A stretch of 64,000 bases of DNA from Roseibacillus sp. (GTDB lineage: Bacteria; Verrucomicrobiota; Verrucomicrobiia; Verrucomicrobiales; Akkermansiaceae): NCBI GenBank assembly GCA_002686085.1, contig NZAC01000002.1:45920-109919 (forward strand), written 5' to 3'. Below are positions 1 through 8,821 of this stretch, one piece after another; within the stretch, counting starts at the first letter, position 1; each line of letters opens with the position of its first letter. Under the pieces are notes generated by a model. It worked only from the letters and a program-made list of their open reading frames with translations, was not told the DNA's origin and made no database searches. Position numbers and translations under genes: made by a program.

Positions 1-140
1 GGTCTTTGCCCTAATATGGCTCAGAGGATGAAAGGGATAAGAAAGGGACTTTAGCCCAATAGCACGACAAAATGAAGTGATTTGGCTTCAAGCAATCAGG
101 GTGGGGGCGTGTTTGCCCAAGAGTCCCAGCAGGCCCGCTC

Positions 141-1103
141 TCATAAGACACGATGCTTAGCCATCCGGGCCATGATCCCTTTCTGCACGTGAAGGCGGTT
201 TTCGGCTTGTTGGAAGATCGTTTTGGAGTGCTTCTCAAGCACGTCCTCGCTGATTTCTTTTCCGCGATACGCGGGGAGGCAGTGGAGGACAATATGTCCC
301 TCAGAGGCCTCGGCCAGCAGTTCACTGTTGACCTGGTAGGATTTGAACTGTGCCTCTTTTTCAGATTGGCCCTCCTGCCCCATGGAGAGCCAAACATCGG
401 TGTTGACGACGTCTGCTCCTGCCACAGCCTCGGCAGGATTCGAGGTGACGCTAATATTTGGGGCATCAATTTTACCGAGAAAATCTGAGGGGGGTTGGTA
501 ATCCGAGGGCGAGCCGATCGTCAGTTGGAATCCGAGGTGTTTGGCGGCCCAGCACCACGAACGGGCCATATTACTATAGCCGTCACCTACGAAGGCAAAT
601 CTCTTGCCATCCCAGCCACCTAGTTTTTCCCTGACGGTGAGCAAGTCGGCGAGGATCTGGCAGGGGTGTTCGTCATCTGTAAGCGCATTAATGGTGGGGA
701 TGCCTGCGAAGGAGGAGAATTCCTCAACATCACTCTGGGCGTAGGTCCGGATAATCGCACCGTGCACCATGCGGCCCAGAACGCGGGCGGTGTCCTTAAT
801 TGGTTCCCCTCGGCCGAGCTGAATATCGTTCGAACTCAGAAAAAGGGGTGATCCTCCGAGCTCACGGATACCCACCTCGAAGGAGACGCGAGTACGGGTT
901 GAGGACTTAGAAAAAATGAGAGCCCAGATTTGTCCGGAGAGGGGAAATTCTTCGTGATTGCCCCGGCGCGTCTTAAGAGTCACCGCATGGTCAATATACT
1001 TCACGATGTTCTGGGGGTACATCGATTCTATTGAGAGAAGATGGTCCATTTGGTCTAAGTTTTCAGTATCTGCTGATTGGAGGAGCCGGACAGCACCAAC
1101 CAT
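141..1103 (-). CDS. argF: ornithine carbamoyltransferase
   Basis: 320-aa ORF with the carbamoyl-phosphate motif STRTRVSFE and the HCLPA motif. It lies downstream of argB and argD on the same strand. An alternative ATG is at 1049. Confidence 0.9.
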   Translation of the reverse strand: MVGAVRLLQSADTENLDQMDHLLSIESMYPQNIVKYIDHAVTLKTRRGNHEEFPLSGQIWALIFSKSSTRTRVSFEVGIRELGGSPLFLSSNDIQLGRGEPIKDTARVLGRMVHGAIIRTYAQSDVEEFSSFAGIPTINALTDDEHPCQILADLLTVREKLGGWDGKRFAFVGDGYSNMARSWCWAAKHLGFQLTIGSPSDYQPPSDFLGKIDAPNISVTSNPAEAVAGADVVNTDVWLSMGQEGQSEKEAQFKSYQVNSELLAEASEGHIVLHCLPAYRGKEISEDVLEKHSKTIFQQAENRLHVQKGIMARMAKHRVL

Positions 1104-1174
1104 CGGAAAAAGGGAAGGGAGACCGTGAGGGAGAATCGGCAGAGAATCAAGGAAAGCAGAAGAAAATCCCGGCC

Positions 1175-2431
1175 CTACCTATTGCTAAGCCGATCGAGAG
1201 TGTGCTTGAAAATCCCGAGAGCCTCGTGAATTTCCTCCTCTGAAACCGTGAGCGGTGGCATGAGGCGGACGGTATCAGGTCCAGCAGGAGGGGCGAGAAG
1301 GCCGGACTTTGCTAGTTCCTTGGAGAGGTAGATCGATGCGGGCGTGCCCTCGGGAGCGTCGAATGCCGCAGCTTGGAGGCCAACGCCCAGAAGAAGGCCT
1401 TTTCCACGAACTTCGGTGATGGCCTGGTGTTGCCAGCCGTCGACGGTGGCTCGGATGGTTTGTCCGTGCAGGGTGGCGCGCTGAGGGAGGTCGTTATCGA
1501 TGACTTCACGAAGAACAGCCTGCGCCGCGGCACAGGCGAGGGGACTTCCTCCGAAGGTGGAACCGTGAGATCCGGTCCCAAGTAGCTCGAAAAGAGGCGT
1601 ATTTTGAGAGGTAAGCCTGTCGGATACCCAGAAAGCCCCGACGGGAAAGCCTCCTCCCAGACCCTTTGCCCACGAAACAGCATCAGGAGTCAGGTTGGGC
1701 TCGATACTACGCCAGCCGGCCATATTCCCTGTTCGCCCGAGACCGCATTGGACCTCATCAAGAAGAAGAAGAAGGTCTTTCTGTTCACAAAGATCCTGCA
1801 CCCCCCGGAGGAATTCGGGAGTTGCCAGATGAATTCCGCCCTCTCCCTGAATAGGCTCAAGCATGATGGCGCAGGTGGTAGGTCCTATCGCGGAGGCAAG
1901 AGATTCCAAATCGTTGAGGGGGCAATGGTGAAACCCGGGAAGGAGGGGATCGAAGCCTTCTTTCACCTTGCTTTGGGCGGTCGCTGCGATTCCTCCAAGT
2001 GTGCGGCCATGAAAGGACTGGTGGAAGGTGATGATCTCATGACGAGACTCAGCCTTGTCCCCGGTCCGCGCTCCGCCAAAACGCCGGGCGAGCTTGACGA
2101 GACCGTCGTTTGATTCGGCGCCGGAGTTGCTGAAAAAGACTCGCCCTTGGAGTTCGAGACACTCCTCTACAAGGCATTCTGCCAGCTCTGCCTGCTTGTC
2201 GATCTGATAGAGGTTGCAGCAGTGAATTAAATCGCCGGCCTGACGCGCGATAGCGCGGGAGAGTGCGTTGTCTCCGTGGCCGAGAGTGCACGTCGCCAGG
2301 CCGGAGCAGAAATCGAGATAGCGCTTACCGTCCGCGTCCCAGAGCAGGGTGCCTTCACCTCTTACCGGGCTGACGGAAAAGCGCGAATAAGTGGGGAGGA
2401 CGTAGCGGGCGAGTTTTTCGGCCGTATTCAT
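1175..2431 (-). CDS. argD: acetylornithine aminotransferase (class III PLP aminotransferase)
   Basis: Class-III aminotransferase signature LLLDEVQCGLGRTG, and the gene sits between argB and argF. The ORF-track start at 2473 is a TTG, so the first ATG (2431, MNTAEKLARYV) is used here. Confidence 0.85.
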   Translation of the reverse strand: MNTAEKLARYVLPTYSRFSVSPVRGEGTLLWDADGKRYLDFCSGLATCTLGHGDNALSRAIARQAGDLIHCCNLYQIDKQAELAECLVEECLELQGRVFFSNSGAESNDGLVKLARRFGGARTGDKAESRHEIITFHQSFHGRTLGGIAATAQSKVKEGFDPLLPGFHHCPLNDLESLASAIGPTTCAIMLEPIQGEGGIHLATPEFLRGVQDLCEQKDLLLLLDEVQCGLGRTGNMAGWRSIEPNLTPDAVSWAKGLGGGFPVGAFWVSDRLTSQNTPLFELLGTGSHGSTFGGSPLACAAAQAVLREVIDNDLPQRATLHGQTIRATVDGWQHQAITEVRGKGLLLGVGLQAAAFDAPEGTPASIYLSKELAKSGLLAPPAGPDTVRLMPPLTVSEEEIHEALGIFKHTLDRLSNR

Positions 2432-2515
2432 CAGAAGGAGGTCAGGGTCGGGAAAGGTAAGCTCTAAAGTCAAGTGCCGGAAACCGCGAGACCGGTCCGG
2501 GCCCAGATTTTGGCA

Positions 2516-3487
2516 CTAGTGAGTAATTTCGGTTCCGATTCCTTCGGGGGTAAAGATTTCAAGGAGAACAGTATGTGGAATTCGTCCATCAATAAAGTGA
2601 ACCTTCTCCACTCCCGCTTCGAGGGCTTTGATTGCGGATCGGACTTTCGGGATCATTCCACCGGAGATGACTCCGGAATCTGTAAGGGCGGTAGCCTCCA
2701 AGGGATCCACGGAAGGAATCAGACTCGAGGGATCCTGTGGGTCGCGAAGAAGTCCGGGGACGTCCGAGACAAAAAGCAACTTGGCAGGTTTAAGGGTACA
2801 CGCTAGAGCTGCGGCGGCGAGGTCCGCGTTGATGTTGAGAGCCTTCCCGGAGCCGATCTCACAGCCGAGGGGTGAAACAACTGGAATCGCGTCCGAGGCA
2901 ATGGTCTTCAGGATCTTGTCGGTGTGGCAGGACTCAACCTTGCCGACCCGACCGATATCAACAGCTACCTGCTCCGACTCCGTGATACGTGTTGCTTGGA
3001 ACACCTCGGTTCCTGGGATTCCGGTGGCGTGCCCTCCGTGCTTACTCAGAAGGTCTACGAGGGCCGGGTTGATGGTGTTGCCAAGGGTTGCCTCTACAAT
3101 CGAGATTGCTTCCGAACTGGTGACCCGGAAGCCCTCTACAAATCTGGCCTCGAGGCCGGCGGCCTCCATCGCGGCTGAAATCGCCTTGCCACCCCCATGA
3201 ACGACTACCGGGTTGATACCGGCCACTTCCAGAAAGACAATGTCTCGCATGATAGAACTTACCAAGTCCGGGCTGTCCATTGCGGATCCACCGATCTTGA
3301 TAAGAAATGTTTTTCCCCGGAAGCGCTGCAGGTAGGGCAGGGCTTCAACCAGAGTTGCGGCTTTTTCTTTGGTATTCACAGGAATGAGGCCTTTTACAGA
3401 GAGGCCCTTCTCTTGAGGGGAGACAATCGTTCCGGGGAATAGACCTAGGGGCGGTCCGCCCGGGCGGAAAGTGGAAAATGATTTCAA
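2516..3487 (-). CDS. argB: acetylglutamate kinase
   Basis: Amino-acid kinase motifs GKTFLIKIGGSAM and VVVHGGG. The start is uncertain: 3487 is a TTG only two codons after the upstream stop, and a GTG at 3379 is also possible. Confidence 0.85.
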   Translation of the reverse strand: MKSFSTFRPGGPPLGLFPGTIVSPQEKGLSVKGLIPVNTKEKAATLVEALPYLQRFRGKTFLIKIGGSAMDSPDLVSSIMRDIVFLEVAGINPVVVHGGGKAISAAMEAAGLEARFVEGFRVTSSEAISIVEATLGNTINPALVDLLSKHGGHATGIPGTEVFQATRITESEQVAVDIGRVGKVESCHTDKILKTIASDAIPVVSPLGCEIGSGKALNINADLAAAALACTLKPAKLLFVSDVPGLLRDPQDPSSLIPSVDPLEATALTDSGVISGGMIPKVRSAIKALEAGVEKVHFIDGRIPHTVLLEIFTPEGIGTEITH

Positions 3488-3493
3488 GACGCG

Positions 3494-4834
3494 CTAATCG
3501 GCTGTCGCCGTTCCGGGAGGGCGTGCGTCAGACGATCTTTTCGGTCGCTTACGGGAAGGGAGGTAGCGAGCCATGCGCAGGGCGAGGACCCACCCAGTCA
3601 GGGCGGTCGCTACCGCAGGTGCAAAGAGGGTCCATTGTTCGGAGTCCTTGTGCATCAGTAGTAGAAGGGCGGGTGACGCAACCAGCATGAGAAGGTAGCA
3701 AAAATGTCGTAGAAAAGCTGGGAAGCCGGCTACCAGAGCTGCAATGACAGCGATCGCGCTGAGCAGGAGAATTTCATTTCGCAGGCTCATACGTCGATAG
3801 CGCTCAATTTTTTCCGGGCGGGGAAGGGTGTCGATAGTCGCAATCGTTCGCAGGATTGAGTTTCCCGCCGCGGAGGAAGGTTCAGTTTGCTTGTCGGCAA
3901 AAAGAACGGAACGAGGAACCGTGCCAAGAGATTCGTTTATAGCACGGCGGGTTTCTTCTATCTGGCTGGGGGAATAGGCCTCGACGGCAAGACGCTCGAG
4001 GAAAAGGGGGCGGTCTGCCCGGTCGATCCTGAAAGCTCCGAATTCGTCAATTGGAACGATGGGGCCATCTCCCAGGCGGAGATGATTGCCCAGAGAGAGA
4101 TGGACCTCTTCTGGTGAGATGTCTGCCTGCGCCATGGCGACCGCCAGAGGAAAAGAAGGAATCAGGTGTTTCCCCCAGCGGACGATTGCAAGGTTGCCAG
4201 TGCCAGTGCTCTCATCCGGACGGAAGGAGAACTGAGTGTTGGGAGCGAAGTCAATAGAGGTCGGAAAAACGACACTATTGAAGAGTCGAAGTCCGTCAGC
4301 TCCTCCCTTTACATTCGAGACAGGGATTGCGCTGGCCTTCAGATATGAAGGAATTGGCTGGGATCGGGGGAGGCGCTCGAGATCAACGGTGACGACGACT
4401 TTTTCGAACTGTGTAAGTGCTGTATTGAGGCTGGCTAGCCGCCCGAGATGAGCCAACCCCTCTCCTTCCCACGAGAGGGGTTCCTCGATTGCTGCGACCC
4501 GGCAGCCAAGGGAGTGGGCATGATTGAAGAGGCCCCACCAGTCCTCAGGCTCGAGCGGATAGTGAAGATCGGCTGCAGCCTGTTCGTCGACAGCGATCTG
4601 GAGATAAGGCCGGGGTTTGCCCTTCACGAGGGGGCGAACAACCCGGGTCCGGGGATTTGGCTGGGTTTTGTCGACAACGAAGGTTTCGTCTTTTCGGGAC
4701 TCGGTTAGGAGCTTTTGGAAGAGTGCGTCCTCCTGATCCCGGAGAGGTCGCCAGTCCTCGGAGAGGAGGGTCACGCAGATTCCGACCTCAAGGGCTACAA
4801 AAGCAAGAATCAGGCGAACGATCCAGGGGGTCAT
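3494..4834 (-). CDS. membrane protein with CHASE2-like architecture and no output domain
   Basis: N-terminal TM helix, an extracytoplasmic region of about 330 aa (LQIAVDEQ...WWGLFNHAHSLGCRVAAIE resembles the CHASE2 core), then three C-terminal TM helices and a short basic tail. The family call is tentative. Confidence 0.45.
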   Translation of the reverse strand: MTPWIVRLILAFVALEVGICVTLLSEDWRPLRDQEDALFQKLLTESRKDETFVVDKTQPNPRTRVVRPLVKGKPRPYLQIAVDEQAAADLHYPLEPEDWWGLFNHAHSLGCRVAAIEEPLSWEGEGLAHLGRLASLNTALTQFEKVVVTVDLERLPRSQPIPSYLKASAIPVSNVKGGADGLRLFNSVVFPTSIDFAPNTQFSFRPDESTGTGNLAIVRWGKHLIPSFPLAVAMAQADISPEEVHLSLGNHLRLGDGPIVPIDEFGAFRIDRADRPLFLERLAVEAYSPSQIEETRRAINESLGTVPRSVLFADKQTEPSSAAGNSILRTIATIDTLPRPEKIERYRRMSLRNEILLLSAIAVIAALVAGFPAFLRHFCYLLMLVASPALLLLMHKDSEQWTLFAPAVATALTGWVLALRMARYLPSRKRPKRSSDARPPGTATAD

Positions 4835-4911
4835 GATGGAGAGGTTGGGCGCGGCGCATCCCGTGGAACTGGAAGTGACCAGCGTGAGGCCGAATTATGA
4901 AAAACGAAATC

Positions 4912-5868
4912 TTATTTCTCGACCGCGCCCTCGAGAATCGGGCGGAGCAAGTCGTCCAGGGGACTATCCTCTATCTGAGCGAGAAGCAGTTTCGCTCCCG
5001 CTGAGATGTGCTGCGCATACCAATCATTTCTCTGCTCATGGAGAATATACGCATAGGCACCCAGAGCTTGCATGAGCCTCTGAATGGCGCAATCGCGCAA
5101 CAGCTCAGGGACGGGCCGTTCTTCAGAAATCTCCTCCCAGAGATCGAGAAGTTTGTTTTGGTCCTCCTCTGAGTGATCGAGGTATGGGTCGTAAATCAGT
5201 GAGGCAAGATCGTATTCCTGCCGCCCAAGTCGGAGGCCTTGGAAGTCGATGATCCATGTTTTTTCCTCATGGAGGATAAGATTTTGTGACTGAAAGTCTC
5301 GATGGACGAGGTTGCGATGGGATGCTCCCAGATTTTTGCTGAGTCGGGAAAGTTCTTCGTGGTCTCGGAGAGCTGTTCCGTCGAGGCCAAGGTGCCGCTC
5401 AACAAAGTTATCGATGAAGTAGTCCTGCTCCCACGCGTAGATCTCAGGACCGAACGGAGGAGAGAGTTCGAGATCTCGGGGCAGACGGATGTAAAAGAGC
5501 CGATCCAGCTGTTCGAGCGCACTCCGGTAATAGGGTTCCCGCACTTCCCATGGTTGATCGGCCAGCGAAAGCAGATCTTTCTCGCCAAGGTCCTCGACTA
5601 GAGCGATGTGACGACCTGGATTATCGTAAAGAACCTCGGGGACATTCAGGCGGTTCTTTCTCAGGAAGTGTGCCACAGGCAGGAAGAAGCGATTGTCCTT
5701 ACGCTCCATCGTATAGTGAATCCCAATGAAAGGAGGATGCCCGTCAGCCTTGAGCCGAACAATAGTTCGCCCAGAAGCCCCCCGTTTGATCGGCTCGAGA
5801 ATAACGGTGTGATCCGGTTGGAGCTGCAGGTGGGCACGAACGGCAGTGAGGAGGGTGTCGGCAGCCAT
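4912..5868 (-). CDS. aminoglycoside-phosphotransferase-fold kinase, AmgK-like (anomeric sugar kinase candidate)
   Basis: Catalytic loop HRDFQSQNLIL and IIDFQG (DFG-equivalent). It lies next to a sugar-1-phosphate nucleotidyltransferase on the same strand. Confidence 0.6.
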   Translation of the reverse strand: MAADTLLTAVRAHLQLQPDHTVILEPIKRGASGRTIVRLKADGHPPFIGIHYTMERKDNRFFLPVAHFLRKNRLNVPEVLYDNPGRHIALVEDLGEKDLLSLADQPWEVREPYYRSALEQLDRLFYIRLPRDLELSPPFGPEIYAWEQDYFIDNFVERHLGLDGTALRDHEELSRLSKNLGASHRNLVHRDFQSQNLILHEEKTWIIDFQGLRLGRQEYDLASLIYDPYLDHSEEDQNKLLDLWEEISEERPVPELLRDCAIQRLMQALGAYAYILHEQRNDWYAQHISAGAKLLLAQIEDSPLDDLLRPILEGAVEK

Positions 5869-5969
5869 GGGGAGAAGCGGGTGTCGGCGGTATTACTAAC
5901 GCCAGGATGAGTGAGATCTGGTCAGGAGTTTTTCAGGAAAGAAGTATTTGGAATCTGGACCCGGCATAC

Positions 5970-6878
5970 TCAGAGATCAGAGTCGTGCCGGATTCCTGTC
6001 ACAGGAGTGGAAGAATAGACGATGCAGTTTGTCAATTGCGCACCTTCCTCAACTGCTGCACCGGGCCAGAGAATGGACGAACGGACACTGGCATTCCTGC
6101 TGACTCGGGATCCCGGCCCTAGGGCAGAGCTTTCTACCAGGGCGGAAGAGGCCACTGAGGATTCGGGATGCCGCAGTGTCCCCAGCTCAGAGCAGAGGTG
6201 GGCTTCCAGATAGGCTCTACGTGTACCAAGATCGAGCCAGATTCCCTCGTCGTGGAAGGAAGCACCCATCTTCCTGGCTCGGATCAATTCGAGAAAAGAG
6301 GGGATTATCGAAACTTTCTTGTGTTTGGGTATCTGGCAGAAGATTTCAGGATTGGCACAGTAGACCCCAGTAAACTGGTAATTGCCTTCGGAACGACCTA
6401 GCATTCCCCGGATATCCGTCACGGATTCTCCTTCGGCTGCAACGTGGGCCTCGTGGCCTTTGGAGCGCAGCGCCATCGTGACAGTCTTTCCCGAGCGGAT
6501 ATGGGTCTTTAGCAGCTTCTCGAGATCCAGAGTGGCCAGAATGTCTCCGTTGTAGACAAGCAGGGGCTCACCTTGAGTCCATTCCTCGATATTTTTCAGC
6601 CCACCCCCGGTTTCGAGCAGAACGGGTTCATGAAAAAATGTCAGGGGTGCCCCGCGGTAGGACTGGTCAGGGAAGCATTCTGCCCATTTGTCGGGGAGGT
6701 GGTGGGTATTCACTGCGAATTCCGTGACCCCTGCGGCGAGGCATTGGTCGAGGGCATATTCGATCAGGGGCCGGTTAAATACCGGGATCAGGGGCTTTGG
6801 AAGAACGTCAGTGAGTGGGCGCAATCGCGTTCCGAGCCCGGCTCCGAGAAGGAAGGCTTTCTGGATGACGGAGTTCAC
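5970..6878 (-). CDS. sugar-1-phosphate nucleotidyltransferase (MurU/GlmU-N-like) with a C-terminal hexapeptide-like tail
   Basis: N-terminal LLGAGLGTRLRPLTDVLPKPLIPV nucleotidyltransferase signature. The C-terminal ~70 aa look like left-handed beta-helix repeats. Confidence 0.7.
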   Translation of the reverse strand: MNSVIQKAFLLGAGLGTRLRPLTDVLPKPLIPVFNRPLIEYALDQCLAAGVTEFAVNTHHLPDKWAECFPDQSYRGAPLTFFHEPVLLETGGGLKNIEEWTQGEPLLVYNGDILATLDLEKLLKTHIRSGKTVTMALRSKGHEAHVAAEGESVTDIRGMLGRSEGNYQFTGVYCANPEIFCQIPKHKKVSIIPSFLELIRARKMGASFHDEGIWLDLGTRRAYLEAHLCSELGTLRHPESSVASSALVESSALGPGSRVSRNASVRSSILWPGAAVEEGAQLTNCIVYSSTPVTGIRHDSDL

Positions 6879-6968
6879 GAGGCAAGAGGTGGGGGGCAGC
6901 GGAATAGATGCAAGGTTTTGTCTCTTTCTCTTCCGGCATCTTCCCCCTGTGAGAGGCCTTGCCGGTGA

Positions 6969-7673
6969 TTACCTTTTAGGTTGGCTGGAATCTTCAGGAG
7001 TAAGACCTACAACAAGATCCATTCGTGCGGTGAGTTCACCTAGCTTGGATGTTGCCAGCGGTTTGAAAGGAATAGTGACCAGTTTCTGGAGCTCTGGATT
7101 GCCACCTCCGATTCTCCGGTAGAGAAAGTCCTTGGCGTTCTGTTTTTCTCCTTCGACGTAGAGCTGGGTTGTGAGAATCCGCTTCCCCCGGTAAGTGACT
7201 CCGTAGTGAATGTGTGGAGTGCGCCCTGGATACGCAGGAGGCCTGATGGTGCGAAAATGGTAACGGCCTTTGGCATCGGTCAGGAAGCGCCCGTAACTCT
7301 GGAAGTTGCTGTCTCTCTTGTCCTGGTTTGGGGCCTTGGAGTGGAGGTAGATTCCCTTGTTGTCGACTTGCCATATTTCAACGAGGGCGTTGCGAAGGGG
7401 GCGACCTTTTGTATCCATAACCACACCGCCAAGGTAGGTCACCGCCCCGACCGCAGGCGTGATCTTGTCGTTCACGAGAAGGAGGTCATTGTCAGTGTCC
7501 AGAGGCAGCTTGTCCGGGTAAAACGGGCCTTCAACATCAGTAGGAGTTCTTTGCAGGGCCTCAGCGAGAGCACCTGGCACTGTGAAAAGTGCTGCTGCTC
7601 CTGCGGTTGCCTGGCGTAGGAAACGACGCCGATGGCAGATTTCGCAATTCGTGTGGGAGGAGATGGGTCTCAT
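6969..7673 (-). CDS. Tat-signal intradiol ring-cleavage dioxygenase family protein
   Basis: Twin-arginine signal HRRRFLRQATAGAAALFTVPGALA, and an intradiol dioxygenase-like Fe-ligand region YPGRTPHIHY. Confidence 0.6.
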   Translation of the reverse strand: MRPISSHTNCEICHRRRFLRQATAGAAALFTVPGALAEALQRTPTDVEGPFYPDKLPLDTDNDLLLVNDKITPAVGAVTYLGGVVMDTKGRPLRNALVEIWQVDNKGIYLHSKAPNQDKRDSNFQSYGRFLTDAKGRYHFRTIRPPAYPGRTPHIHYGVTYRGKRILTTQLYVEGEKQNAKDFLYRRIGGGNPELQKLVTIPFKPLATSKLGELTARMDLVVGLTPEDSSQPKR

Positions 7674-7733
7674 ACTCGTCTAGGATTAGCGGCCCTTCCC
7701 CTTGGGTAACAGCATGATCTCCCCAAAAACAGG

Positions 7734-8786
7734 CTATGCTTGAAGAAGCGCCTGAAGGGCTTTCCGGAAAGGAGAGGGCATGGGCAGGTCGATAATTTCC
7801 CGTGAGGAGTGGAATTTTTCGGTGGTCTTTTTCTCCTGCGGAGGAAGCTGGGATGGGCTGCAACGGTAGATATGCATGGTAACCTTATGGTGAGTAATAC
7901 CATAATTGCGTGTGCCTAGGAGGGGAAAGTCGGCGAGTTGATGATGGCTCCGCTCTGGGAGCCTCCAGAGGCCCTTCCGGCGTGTTCCTTCCTCCTGCGC
8001 GAGAAGCACTGGGCCGCTGCGCTTCTGCACGAACAGAACGTGCTCGTCTACCTTCACCTGTGCACGTCGGGTCCTTTTAAGAGGAAGCTTTTCCGGTTCA
8101 CGAGTGAGACAGAAATCCCTGACAGGACATCGGGGGCAGCCGGGGGACCGTGGAGTGCAAAACGTCTGACCGAGTTCCATCAGTGCGGAGTTAAAAGGCC
8201 GGGGCTGATCGCAGTCGAGCAGTTGTCTCGCCCAGGACCAGAGCCTGGTCTGGCTCCCGGAGGTCTGGATTTGCTCGCGCCAATCAAAAAGGCGGCTCAG
8301 GAGCCGGGAGACGTTCGCATCAACGATTGGGGCAGGATAATTAAACGCGAAGCTCGCGACAGCGCCGGCCGTGTAACGGCCAACCCCGGGCAGGGACTCC
8401 AGCCCCTCCGGGGTGGCAGGGAATACCCCCTCGTGCTCAGCAAGGATACTCTGCGCTGCTCTCTGGAGGTTGCGAATACGGTTATAGTAACCCAGACCTT
8501 CCCAAGCTCTGAGGAGATCACGTTCCGGGGCCTCAGCCAGAGAGTGTAGATCGGGGAAGGTATCCAGAAATCGCTCGAAGCGGCGATTTTGAATTACGGA
8601 CCCGATTGTGGTTTGCTGGAGCATGATCTCGGAAACAAGAATTGCGTAGGGGTCCCTCGTTTTCCTCCAGGGATAGTCTGCTCCGTAACGTGCAAACCAG
8701 TTTAGCAGAGTCCGCCGGAAGGCCCTCACGTTCCGGAGGGCGTGACGGGAGGCTATGGGCTTGGACACGGATTGAGGATCGGACAT
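7734..8786 (-). CDS. mutY: A/G-specific adenine DNA glycosylase
   Basis: HhH-GPD region YPWRKTRDPYAILVSEIMLQQT, 4Fe-4S cysteine cluster CTPRSPGCPRCPVRDFC, and a C-terminal NUDIX-like domain. Confidence 0.9.
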   Translation of the reverse strand: MSDPQSVSKPIASRHALRNVRAFRRTLLNWFARYGADYPWRKTRDPYAILVSEIMLQQTTIGSVIQNRRFERFLDTFPDLHSLAEAPERDLLRAWEGLGYYNRIRNLQRAAQSILAEHEGVFPATPEGLESLPGVGRYTAGAVASFAFNYPAPIVDANVSRLLSRLFDWREQIQTSGSQTRLWSWARQLLDCDQPRPFNSALMELGQTFCTPRSPGCPRCPVRDFCLTREPEKLPLKRTRRAQVKVDEHVLFVQKRSGPVLLAQEEGTRRKGLWRLPERSHHQLADFPLLGTRNYGITHHKVTMHIYRCSPSQLPPQEKKTTEKFHSSREIIDLPMPSPFRKALQALLQA

Positions 8787-8821
8787 TGCGTAAGCGAGGT
8801 CGAATCTAGAAACTCAGGGAA

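Noticed and set aside
11-488. ORFs 11..469 (-) and 153..488 (+) at the left edge.
   Set aside because: Both overlap the C-terminal half of argF in other frames and have no recognisable features.
3379-3496. The argB ORF is in the same frame as the upstream CHASE2-like ORF, only two codons after its stop, so I considered read-through or recoding.
   Set aside because: The two proteins are unrelated in family and compartment. The TTG at 3487 is just the first start-like codon in an open frame, and a normal internal start such as the GTG at 3379 explains argB.
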